Shown here: positions 1 to 9,041 of the stretch, one piece after another
How the letters are laid out: every line of letters starts with the position of its first letter
Numbering within the stretch: position 1 is the stretch's first letter
Source of the DNA: Microcoleus sp.
Lineage (GTDB): Bacteria; Cyanobacteriota; Cyanobacteriia; Cyanobacteriales; Microcoleaceae
DNA: 64,000 nucleotides
Assembly (NCBI GenBank): GCA_052279835.1
Contig: CP181291.1
Coordinates: forward strand, 4,832,001-4,896,000
Direction of reading: 5' to 3'
Notes under the pieces: model-generated
What the model saw: the letters and a program-made list of their open reading frames with translations, nothing else
Told to the model about the DNA's origin: nothing
Database searches by the model: none
Position numbers and translations under genes: made by a program

Positions 1-59
1 CCTTATTAAGGGGGATTTAGGGGGATCGAAATATATGCAACGACCCATTAAATTGGTAT
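1..59. mobile_element. Right end of a ~146-bp MITE-like palindromic element (full copy at 11349-11494), cut by the window edge
   Basis: ccttattaagggggatttagggggatcg...aaattggtat matches the 3' part of the element at 11349-11494. Confidence 0.7.
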
Positions 60-124
60 AACACTATAGGTCAAGGGAAAGCTAAATTTTCCTCAAAGCT
101 CAACAACACAGTAGGTGGTGTACT

Positions 125-667
125 ATGGCTGTTCTGCAACTAGATGATGGTACGATATACAGGGAAATTGGGGCGATCGCGAACAAACTAGCTGCTTTAA
201 ATATTCAGATAGATCGTCTGGCGATCGACAAAACTCCTGCGATTCAAGAACTGCTAGTCCAAGACCTGCTGAATGTAACAGAAAAACAGCAGATCCTCGC
301 AGCATTTAAAAGCGAATTTGAAATGTTCAAATTCACCGGTGGATGTCAGTGGTGTGACTTAAAAGTGCTGCACCCTGGTTCGCCACAGATTTACGGGATG
401 ATGACTCAAAGCTATCGTACTCATACCCACGCCGATGCAGAAGTCATTCATGTTTTAGCCGGCGAATGTGTGTTTGGGTTTGTATATCCTAACGGTTCTG
501 AGGTGCAATTATTGTTGGAATCACAGGAATATATTCAAGTTCCTCCCAACACCGAACATTGGTTTTATCTCACGGCTTCGCTGCACTTGAAAGCGGTGCA
601 GTATTACACCACGGCTCAAGGGTGGGTGCCTCAATATACGAAAAGGCAATTGAAAATCAAGAACTGA
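125..667 (+). CDS. Acireductone dioxygenase (ARD/MtnD)-like cupin
   Basis: HTHxDxE metal motif, GECVFGF, VPPNTEHWF and GWVPQYT tail typical of the ARD family. Confidence 0.75.
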   Translation: MAVLQLDDGTIYREIGAIANKLAALNIQIDRLAIDKTPAIQELLVQDLLNVTEKQQILAAFKSEFEMFKFTGGCQWCDLKVLHPGSPQIYGMMTQSYRTHTHADAEVIHVLAGECVFGFVYPNGSEVQLLLESQEYIQVPPNTEHWFYLTASLHLKAVQYYTTAQGWVPQYTKRQLKIKN

Positions 668-699
668 ATGTACGAAAAACTTAACCATACAGTTCCTGG

Positions 700-841
700 T
701 AGATGCGGGTTTTACCAATAATATAGGTAAAAAACAAACAAGCTTAATCAACCCGCCCCCGCTATGGATCAGGTGGGGTTCGGTGGGTTGATGTCGATGG
801 TGTGTGGGTAGGGCAGATTAGGGGTAAAACCCGCCCCCACA
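700..841. repeat. Degenerate GCGGGTTT...AACCCGCCCC palindromic intergenic repeats
   Basis: gcgggtttt (~705) pairs with aacccgcccc (~750); second aaaacccgccccc at ~826. Confidence 0.45.
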
Positions 842-988
842 TTAGATCCTAGGTGGAGAGCAGATGTATCCATCAAAAAAACTCAACATTGCTGGAACAA
901 GATTGCTAGATTTGGTGTCAAGACGGGCTATAATCGTTTTGCGTTTTGAAGACCTTAGTTAATTCCTGCCTCGGTTGCCACCACTCCT

Positions 989-3778
989 ATGTCAACGACA
1001 GTCAACACAGAATCCACAGCCGTTAATTTTAACCAACAGGGAGAAACCTATTTATCCCAAGGGAAATTGGAAGAAGCTATCGCCTCCTGCGAGCAAGCTT
1101 TGAAGATTCACCCCAATTTTGCACCGGCTTACAAGACTTTGGGCAACGCGCTACAGGCTCAAGGCCGTGTGGAAGAGGCACGACACTGGTACGCCAAGGC
1201 TATTGAAATTGAACCGAATTTTGCCGAGGTTTACGCCAATTTGGGTAGCATTTGTGCTCAGCAACAAAAGTGGCAGGAGGCGATCGGATTTTATCAAAAG
1301 GCCCTGGCGATTAAGCCGAATTTCGCAGGAGTATACCGCAATTTAGCAAAAGTATTTGGGGAAGTTGGTAAGCCGGCGGAAGCTCAGGAATGCTGGTATC
1401 GAGCATTTTCTTTGGAACCACAAAAGGCGAAACCGTCGGAACATTTGAGCATGGGCGATGCTTTTTTTCGCCAGGAAAAGTTGCCGGAGGCGATCGCCTG
1501 TTACGATCGGGCAATTAAGTTGGACCCGAATTTGGCGACGGCTTACCAAAGTTTGGGTGAGGCGCTGAAAAAACAAGGCAAGTTGGAAGAAGCGACTGTA
1601 TATTATCGTAAGGCGATCGAGTTGAACGCTGCTCATGCGAGAAATGGTAGCGAGGGACAGCAGACTTTGGCTGGGGCAAATGGGACAAATGGTGCTGTTA
1701 AGTCGCCACAAGTTCAGCAACAAATACCGCCACAAGTTCAACAACCACAGGTTCAACAACAAATACCTGAACAAATATTGCGAAAACTACCGCAAGAAAT
1801 ACTGCAACAAATACCTGAGCAAATTAAACAACAAATTAAACAACAGGTTCAGCCACCTGTGAATGGGGGAATTAGTACCGAAGACCCAGAAGCATATAAA
1901 ATACTGGCTGAGGGCTATTTTGCTCAGGGGAAATTGGAACAGGCAATTTCGGCTTGCAAAAAAGCGCTACAAATTAAGCCGGATGCGCCTCTATATAAAA
2001 TGTTGGGTAATGCCTTGCAAGCTGGTGGCAAAATAGATGATGCTAAAACTTGCTATGTTAAGGCAATAGAAATTAATCCGAATTTTGCTGAAGCTTATGC
2101 TAATTATGGTAGCATTTGTGCCCAGCAGGAACAGTGGCAACAAGCGGTTTCTGCTTACGAAAAGGCGATCGCCCTGAAGCCAGATTTTGCCGGTGCTTTC
2201 CGCAATTTTGCCAAGCTGTTGACGCAGTTAGGGAAGTCGGAGGAGGCGGCCGAGTGTTGGTATCGAGCTTTTGCGATCGACCCTAAGTCTGGCACCGCTG
2301 AGGATTTGGAAAATTTAGCTAAAACTTTGATCGAGCAAGGTAAGGTAAATCAGGGCGTTGATTGTTACCGGCGGGCTGTTGAGTTGAACCCAAATGCTGG
2401 TGCTGCTTATCACGAATTGGGGGAAATTCTCAAGGGTCAAGAACAGTGGGAAGCGGCGGTAGATGCTTACAAAAATGCTATTAGAAGTAATCCCGGACTT
2501 TCTTGGTCTCACAACAATTTAGCTGAGTGTCTGGTGAAGTTGGAACGGTGGGATGAGGCTGTCGATGCTTACCGAAAGGCGATCGAATTAAATCCTGATT
2601 TTAGCTGGTCTCACAACAATTTAGCCGATGTTTTATTGAAGTTGGAACGGTGGGATGAGGCGGTAGAACCATACCGGAAAGCAACAGAATTAAATCCTGA
2701 TTTTAGTTGGTCTCACAATTATTTGGCGGATGCGCTGGTTAAGTTGGAACGTTGGGATGAGGCGATTGCTGCTTACCGAAGGTCGATCGAACTTAATCCT
2801 GACCATTTTTGGGCGCACAACAATTTAGCCGAAGCTTTGGTGAAATTGGAACGCTGGGATGAGGCTGTGGCTGCGTATCAGCGGGCTAATGAACTGAATC
2901 CGAGTTTCTTCTGGTCCCACAGCAAGTTGGGTGATGTGCTGTTGGAAATGGAACGGTGGGAGGATGCGGTTGCTGTTTACCAGCGCGCGGCGGAGCTAAA
3001 TCGCGATTTTGCGTGGACTTATTACAACATGGGGACGGCTTTTGAGAAGTCGGAACGGTGGGATGAGTCGATCGCCTCTTATCGCTGTGCGGTGGAAATT
3101 CAGCCGGATTTGCCGTGGATTTCGCAGAAGTTGGCTGATGCTTTGAGGATGCGATCGCAGTGGGATTTGCGGGATGCGATGGGTTTGTATCGAAAGGCGA
3201 TCGCAGAGAATCCTGATGATGTGCAACTTTATCATAAGGCTTTGGAGATTGCGCCGAATGATGCGGGGCTGTATGTGGAGTTGGCGAATGCTTTGGTGCG
3301 GCAGAATTGGGTTGATGGGGCGATCGTCTTTTATCAGATGGCGTTGCAGGTTAACCCCGAATGCGGTGAAGCACAATTGCAGTTGGGGATGCTTTTTGCG
3401 CAAAAAAATGATAGGGATCGGGCGATAAACTGTTACCGCCGCGCTATTGAGGTTCAACCAAATCAGTATAAACCTTACCAGTTGTTAGGGGATGCTTTGA
3501 GTGCAAAAGGTCAGCGTGAGGAAGCAATGAATTGTTACCGTCGCGCGATCGAGTTAAAACCTGATGACCCTTATATCCAGAACAATTTAGCGGATATGCT
3601 CAGGCATCAAGGAGATTTGGAGGGGGCGATCGTTTGTTATCGCCGCGCCATTGAATTAAAACCTGATTTCTCTTGGTTCCACTATAATTTGGGTGAAGTT
3701 TTGACTAAGAAAGGGCAAATTGATGAAGCGAGTTCTTGTTACCGTCACGCCTTAGAGTTGGAACCCAAGATTTTTTAA
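989..3778 (+). CDS. TPR-only protein, 929 aa, with Q-rich linker and no recognisable catalytic domain
   Basis: 34-aa repeats (AY..LG..L...G..EEAIA.Y.KAIELNP) along the whole length. Confidence 0.92.
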   Translation: MSTTVNTESTAVNFNQQGETYLSQGKLEEAIASCEQALKIHPNFAPAYKTLGNALQAQGRVEEARHWYAKAIEIEPNFAEVYANLGSICAQQQKWQEAIGFYQKALAIKPNFAGVYRNLAKVFGEVGKPAEAQECWYRAFSLEPQKAKPSEHLSMGDAFFRQEKLPEAIACYDRAIKLDPNLATAYQSLGEALKKQGKLEEATVYYRKAIELNAAHARNGSEGQQTLAGANGTNGAVKSPQVQQQIPPQVQQPQVQQQIPEQILRKLPQEILQQIPEQIKQQIKQQVQPPVNGGISTEDPEAYKILAEGYFAQGKLEQAISACKKALQIKPDAPLYKMLGNALQAGGKIDDAKTCYVKAIEINPNFAEAYANYGSICAQQEQWQQAVSAYEKAIALKPDFAGAFRNFAKLLTQLGKSEEAAECWYRAFAIDPKSGTAEDLENLAKTLIEQGKVNQGVDCYRRAVELNPNAGAAYHELGEILKGQEQWEAAVDAYKNAIRSNPGLSWSHNNLAECLVKLERWDEAVDAYRKAIELNPDFSWSHNNLADVLLKLERWDEAVEPYRKATELNPDFSWSHNYLADALVKLERWDEAIAAYRRSIELNPDHFWAHNNLAEALVKLERWDEAVAAYQRANELNPSFFWSHSKLGDVLLEMERWEDAVAVYQRAAELNRDFAWTYYNMGTAFEKSERWDESIASYRCAVEIQPDLPWISQKLADALRMRSQWDLRDAMGLYRKAIAENPDDVQLYHKALEIAPNDAGLYVELANALVRQNWVDGAIVFYQMALQVNPECGEAQLQLGMLFAQKNDRDRAINCYRRAIEVQPNQYKPYQLLGDALSAKGQREEAMNCYRRAIELKPDDPYIQNNLADMLRHQGDLEGAIVCYRRAIELKPDFSWFHYNLGEVLTKKGQIDEASSCYRHALELEPKIF
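2489..3000 (+). repeat. About five tandem 102-bp TPR-coding repeats with high DNA similarity
   Basis: aatcctgattttagytggtctcacaa...gttggaacgntgggatgaggc recurs every 102 bp. Confidence 0.8.
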
Positions 3779-3873
3779 TTTACGGTGCAAGGCAGCCTGT
3801 ATCTCGTAAGTTGAGGCAGGCTGATAGAGCTTATTTCCCTTAAAATAATATCAACGAGATTAGAGTAACTACC

Positions 3874-4134
3874 ATGAACCCTGAAGCAACTCAACGCTTG
3901 GAAGAATCCATTCAAAAAACTTTATCCACTCATGCTAAAAGCGACAAAAGTTATCTCTGGATGGCATATTGGGTAATCTTTGAACGGGAAGCAGACCCTG
4001 ATGGATTAGAAGGTTGGTTAAACGATATCAAGTCAGGTTTGAGTCGGGCAGATGTTATCCAAAAAATGGTAGAGTCAAGTGAATTTCAAAAACGCCTTTC
4101 AGATGTAACAAACTTAGAAGCCAGTGGAAATTAA
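3874..4134 (+). CDS. Stand-alone DUF4214-like small protein
   Basis: YxxIFEREADPDGLEGWL...GLSRADVIQKMVESSEF resembles the DUF4214 pattern. Confidence 0.7.
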   Translation: MNPEATQRLEESIQKTLSTHAKSDKSYLWMAYWVIFEREADPDGLEGWLNDIKSGLSRADVIQKMVESSEFQKRLSDVTNLEASGN

Positions 4135-4138
4135 AGGA

Positions 4139-5098
4139 ATGTCCATTAAATCGGAACAAGAAAAACGCCTGCAAAAAAGTATCCAAAATACTTTATCCAC
4201 TCATGCGAAAAGCGACAAAAGTTATCTCTGGATGGCTTATTGGGTAATCTTTGAGCGCGAAGCCGATCTTGATGGGCTGGAAGGTTGGTTAAACGAACTT
4301 AAGACAGGTGCGTCTAGAGCTACTGTTATAAAAAAAATGGTTGAGGCTCATGAATTTCAACAAAGGCTGACAGGTGAAGAAGGTGGCAATCGTAGCTTTA
4401 CTGAAGACAATATCAACTCTCTGTTGGATAATAAGCTTCATAGTGCTCGCATGAAAATGGTGAGAACGCTGCTACCGCCTGCTAACGCGATCTTAGATTT
4501 GGGAGGTTATTCTGCATCAGATCGAAGAGGCGCTCTATTACAGCTTGGCTATCCTCATTTCCCCGAAAATTTATATATTAGAGATTTGTCGCCCGATAAA
4601 ATGATGTTTTCCGGGCCAGAGTGGCCAATAAAAGTTAAGCACCAAAATTGCATTATTGAATATGTTTATGGAAGCATGACCGACTTAAGCGACTTTCAAC
4701 AAAGTAGTTTTGACTTAGTTTGGTCGGGAGAGTCAATCGAACACATCACCATAGAAGAAGCAGAACAGCTATTTGACCAAGTTTATAAATTGTTAAAGCC
4801 AGGTGGTAAGTTTGCTCTAGACACTCCTAACAGGAAAGCTACCAAGCTACAGTTTCCCAATAATTACATTCATCCCGAACACAAATTAGAATACTATTTT
4901 GATGATTTGTGCAAACTGTTGGAGAAGCATAATTTCAAGATAGTCGAAACAAAGGGTATCATTGACCTCTCACAATCCATTGAAACGTCAAGCCAGGAAA
5001 CTCTCAATCATGAATTTCTGCACAGCCAACTATTAAACGACAATCCCGATCGATCTTATTGTTTTTACATTTGCTGTATGCGATCGGAAGATTTGTAG
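4139..5098 (+). CDS. DUF4214-like domain fused to a class I SAM-dependent methyltransferase
   Basis: N-terminus nearly identical to upstream ORF; ILDLGG, SFDLVWSGESIEH, LLKPGG motifs; ATG 4139 after AAGGA. Confidence 0.85.
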   Translation: MSIKSEQEKRLQKSIQNTLSTHAKSDKSYLWMAYWVIFEREADLDGLEGWLNELKTGASRATVIKKMVEAHEFQQRLTGEEGGNRSFTEDNINSLLDNKLHSARMKMVRTLLPPANAILDLGGYSASDRRGALLQLGYPHFPENLYIRDLSPDKMMFSGPEWPIKVKHQNCIIEYVYGSMTDLSDFQQSSFDLVWSGESIEHITIEEAEQLFDQVYKLLKPGGKFALDTPNRKATKLQFPNNYIHPEHKLEYYFDDLCKLLEKHNFKIVETKGIIDLSQSIETSSQETLNHEFLHSQLLNDNPDRSYCFYICCMRSEDL

Positions 5099-5157
5099 GC
5101 TCATTTATCGGAAAACGAACCATAAATCATCAAGGAAGCCCGTCAGTTGACAGAGTA

Positions 5158-6366
5158 TCAAGATTTAACCCTTGCTCTGTCTAGTTCTCTCTGAGCTTGC
5201 AGCGCGGCTTGCTTCCAAGCTTGAGCTTGCAATTCAAACGACTTCTTCTCCTCTATTGTTCTCATAATATATTCGAGGCGATGTCTAATTTTTTTACCAA
5301 TAACCTCTGGACTCAATAAAGACCTAATTTCCTTAGCTGCTCTCGCTCCTACTTGCTGTGCTTGCGGATAATTGCTAAAAACATACTGCATCAGCGAAGC
5401 TGTATGATCGACATCCGGCTCAGCCCAGATACTACCTTTTGGGTAAAGTCCGTAAGCTTCAGTCGTGGCAACTAAATCGTATTTCACCAAAAAACTATTA
5501 CCGACATTCATAAAATCGGTATTGGATGAATAAGCGGTAGCTATGACTGGCTTACCGTAATACATCGCCTCCGCCATAGTTAAACCAAAACCCTCAGCCC
5601 GATGTAGCGATACATAGCAGTTACAATTATCGACTAAGCCATGAACTTCTTCCTTGCTCAAATGGCCTTCGATCAGTTGAATAGAGGGCCAGTCTTCTGT
5701 CATTGCTTTTAGTTGAGCGTACTCATTTTGATAAGCTGGATGAGGTCGGAACTTAATAATCAGTAAAACATCTTCGTTAGGCTTCCCAAAAGCTTTTTTA
5801 AACGCCTCAATGGTAGCAAAAGGATTTTTTCGCTCAAAACCGCTACCCATGTCGAACATGAACAGAAAAATAAATTTATCTTTGGGCAATCCTAAAGCTT
5901 CTCGGCCCAATTCGTTGGGCGGTAAATAAATGCTTGGCGGTAATTTTACAACTGGAAGAGGCGACACATCAGAAATAGTTTCAGCAGTGTAATTACTGTA
6001 AGTCCAAACCTCATCAAATCGATTAAAAGCCCCCACAAAAAAATCAGGAAACACCGGAAGTTCCCAAATCCAAAAACCAATATTATAGCGATTTTGAAAA
6101 ACTTCTGGAGCGATACAATTCAACAAGGATTCGTGAGGGTTGGTATGGACGATATTAATTGGATAAGAAGCATCGCTCGAAAAATTGGTATATGTAGAAT
6201 CTAAGTTGCGTTGCGAATCTTCTTTCAGATCCTGGAGCGTGAAAGGAATGTTAGCTGCTTCTATGGCTTTGATCGTCCCTCGCACGCCCCCGCCCAAACC
6301 AAATTCGCCACTCACATGACCGATAATATTAACTCCAAACTTACAATTTGTGTGGTTGAGCATCAC
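5158..6366 (-). CDS. Glycosyltransferase, GT4 family (paralogue 3)
   Basis: ERKNP, YVSLHRAEGFGLTMAEAM..GKPVIAT (EX7E motif). Confidence 0.9.
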   Translation of the reverse strand: MMLNHTNCKFGVNIIGHVSGEFGLGGGVRGTIKAIEAANIPFTLQDLKEDSQRNLDSTYTNFSSDASYPINIVHTNPHESLLNCIAPEVFQNRYNIGFWIWELPVFPDFFVGAFNRFDEVWTYSNYTAETISDVSPLPVVKLPPSIYLPPNELGREALGLPKDKFIFLFMFDMGSGFERKNPFATIEAFKKAFGKPNEDVLLIIKFRPHPAYQNEYAQLKAMTEDWPSIQLIEGHLSKEEVHGLVDNCNCYVSLHRAEGFGLTMAEAMYYGKPVIATAYSSNTDFMNVGNSFLVKYDLVATTEAYGLYPKGSIWAEPDVDHTASLMQYVFSNYPQAQQVGARAAKEIRSLLSPEVIGKKIRHRLEYIMRTIEEKKSFELQAQAWKQAALQAQRELDRARVKS

Positions 6367-6406
6367 TGAACTCCTAATAACAAATATCTACAGTAAATCC
6401 AAGTAT

Positions 6407-7660
6407 TTAATTTTTAACAAAGCGTTGATATTGCGCTAGTTCAGATTGAACTTGTTGTGTTGTCTGCCGCCAAACTTGGATTTGAGATTGACTATAAGCC
6501 GTTTCTTGCTGCATCTGATGGATGCGAGTTGACCAGTTTGTAGACTGGTTCATCCTGTTTCTAATAATTTCCAAGCGGTTTTTGATTTTGACCCCTAAAA
6601 GTTGAGGGCTCAACAAAGATTTAATTTCTTCAGAGGCTCTAGCTCCTACTTTTCGCGCTGCTTGGGGATTCTCAAAAACATACTGCATTAAGGATGCTGC
6701 ATGATCGATACTGGGATCTGCCCAGTAATTTCCTTTAAAGTAAGGCCCATAATCTTCTGTCAGCGTCACTATGTCATATTTTACTGGAAAACTATTGCCG
6801 ATATTCATAAATTCCATATTAGATGAGTAGCCAGTTGCAATTACAGGTTTGCCGTAGTACATGGCTTCGGCCATTGTCAAGCCAAACCCTTCGGCACGAT
6901 GCAGGGAAACATAGCAGTCACAATTAGCAACTAAAGCATGAAGTTCTTCTCTCTTTAAATGCCCATCTATAAAGTGAACAGGCCACCCTGCTGCTTGGGC
7001 TTTGAGTTGGTCTCGCTCTTTGGGAAAAAAGCTGCCATTGGAAAACTTAAGTACCAATAAGACATCTTCATTGGATTGAGCAAAAGCTCGTTTAAATGCC
7101 TCCAAAGTAGCAAAAGGATTTTTGCGACCTATGGTACTGTGGAAGTCAAACATGAACAGAAAAATAACTTTGTTTTCGGGCAATCCTAATGCTTCTCTAT
7201 CAAATGATGGTTCGGGCAGATCGAGGCTGGACATCATTTTAATCACGGGTACAGGCGATACAGGGGCGATCGCTTCAGCACAGTAATTGCTATAAGTCCA
7301 AATTTCGTCAAACAAAGAAAAAGCGTACAGCCACCCTGGGGGGAATATAGGTAGTTCCCAAGCCCAGAAGCCAATATTGTATCTACCCTTAAAACATTCT
7401 GGATCGACCATGTTGAAAACAACCGGTTCTGGTAGAGTGTGAATCAGGTTAATGGGATAGGGATTTTGGTCAGAAAAAGTTGTGTAGCTGTTATCTAAAT
7501 TTCGATGCCAATCTACTTTAATATCTTTGAGTGCAAAGGGAATACCAGCCGCTTCGATCGCTCTGAGAGTTGCCCTCGAACCTTCTCCCAGCCCATATTC
7601 ACCGCTCAGGTGTCCGATAAAATTGATGCCGAAATTAGAATCTACGCTTTGATTTAACAT
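6407..7660 (-). CDS. Glycosyltransferase, GT4 family (paralogue 2)
   Basis: RKNP, YVSLHRAEGFGLTMAEAMYYGKPVIATGYS. Confidence 0.9.
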   Translation of the reverse strand: MLNQSVDSNFGINFIGHLSGEYGLGEGSRATLRAIEAAGIPFALKDIKVDWHRNLDNSYTTFSDQNPYPINLIHTLPEPVVFNMVDPECFKGRYNIGFWAWELPIFPPGWLYAFSLFDEIWTYSNYCAEAIAPVSPVPVIKMMSSLDLPEPSFDREALGLPENKVIFLFMFDFHSTIGRKNPFATLEAFKRAFAQSNEDVLLVLKFSNGSFFPKERDQLKAQAAGWPVHFIDGHLKREELHALVANCDCYVSLHRAEGFGLTMAEAMYYGKPVIATGYSSNMEFMNIGNSFPVKYDIVTLTEDYGPYFKGNYWADPSIDHAASLMQYVFENPQAARKVGARASEEIKSLLSPQLLGVKIKNRLEIIRNRMNQSTNWSTRIHQMQQETAYSQSQIQVWRQTTQQVQSELAQYQRFVKN

Positions 7661-7728
7661 AGTTAAGTCTTCTACTTAATAAATCTTGAGAATCAATGAT
7701 TGACTATTCAGCGCTAATGTAGTTTAAA

Positions 7729-8985
7729 TTAAGAGTGTTTGGCTAACTCTTTCTGTACCTGCAATGCTGTCTGCCTCCAAGCTTGGGCTTGACGAGCCAA
7801 TAAATCTCTTTCTGCCTGAAGCTCATGGAACCGATTTGACAATTGGGATTGATGGAGATGTGCACTGATAAATTCAAGGCGATTTTTAATTTTGACACCT
7901 ACAGTTTGAGGGCTTAATAAAGACCTCATTTCCTTGGCTGCAATTTTTCCTACTTTCTGAGCTTCGCGATCGTTCTCAAACACATACTGCATAAGAGACG
8001 CAGCATGATCTATATCTGGTTGGGCCCAGACACTTCCTTTGGGGTAAGCTCCATAATCTTCAGTTGTTGTCACCAGCTCGTATTTAACCGGAAAACTATT
8101 GCCCACATTCATAAATTCCATATTCGATGAATAGGCGGTGGCGATTACTGGTTTGCCGTAGTACATGGCTTCCGACATTGTTAAACCAAATCCTTCAGCC
8201 CGATGCAGAGAGACATAACAGTCACAACTATTAACCAAAGCATGAATCTCTGCTTTTTGCAAATGTCCGTCTATCAAATGAAGGGATGACCAACCCTCAG
8301 CTAAATCAAGTAGTTCCTGTCGCCGTTCTGGGAAAAGATGAGCATTCGCAAATTTGAGAACGAGTAAAACATCTGGATTCGATTTACCAAAAGCTCGTTT
8401 AAATGCTTCAACGGTGGCAAAGGGATTTTTCCGTTCAAAGGAACTGCCAAAGTCAAACATGAAGAGAAAAATAAACTTATCTTTAGGTAAATTCAGGTTT
8501 TCTCTTGTTAGTGATGGTTGTGGGAAAGCGAGGCTAACCGGAATTTTGAGTACAGGAACTCGGGAGACCGCCGAAAATGCTTCTGCACAAAAATTACTCG
8601 TAGTCCAGATTTCATCAAATAAATCAAATGCCCATTGCCACTCACTCGGAAAAACTGGCAATTCCCACAACCAGACACCTATATTGTATTTGCCTTTGAA
8701 ATATTCAGAACCTATGCCGGGAAAGTATCCTGCTAAAATCTGCTCGATCCAATTGGGGTTAGTTTGGACTATATTGATTGGATATGGATTTTCATCAGAA
8801 AATTTTTTATAGCTGGTATCGGAGTTGGGTAACCAATCTATTTTCATATCCTTAACTGCAAAGGGAATTCTGGCTGCTTCTAGAGCTCTGAGATTTCCTC
8901 TGGCGGCTTCCGCCAGCCCAAAATCACCCGTTATATGACCCGCTAAATTAACACCCAAAGAATTATTTAGTTTATTATTTAACAT
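7729..8985 (-). CDS. Glycosyltransferase, GT4 family (paralogue 1)
   Basis: ERKNP, YVSLHRAEGFGLTMSEAMYYGKPVIAT. Confidence 0.9.
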   Translation of the reverse strand: MLNNKLNNSLGVNLAGHITGDFGLAEAARGNLRALEAARIPFAVKDMKIDWLPNSDTSYKKFSDENPYPINIVQTNPNWIEQILAGYFPGIGSEYFKGKYNIGVWLWELPVFPSEWQWAFDLFDEIWTTSNFCAEAFSAVSRVPVLKIPVSLAFPQPSLTRENLNLPKDKFIFLFMFDFGSSFERKNPFATVEAFKRAFGKSNPDVLLVLKFANAHLFPERRQELLDLAEGWSSLHLIDGHLQKAEIHALVNSCDCYVSLHRAEGFGLTMSEAMYYGKPVIATAYSSNMEFMNVGNSFPVKYELVTTTEDYGAYPKGSVWAQPDIDHAASLMQYVFENDREAQKVGKIAAKEMRSLLSPQTVGVKIKNRLEFISAHLHQSQLSNRFHELQAERDLLARQAQAWRQTALQVQKELAKHS

Positions 8986-9041
8986 TCGTCTTGCTTTGTG
9001 CTTAGTAAAAATGTCTGAATAGAATTGAACAACGATTTAAT

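Noticed and set aside
3874..5098. One frameshifted gene with tandem DUF4214 domains
   Set aside because: TAAAGGAATG gives a stop, an RBS-like AGGA and an ATG, fitting two coupled genes; not fully excluded without reads
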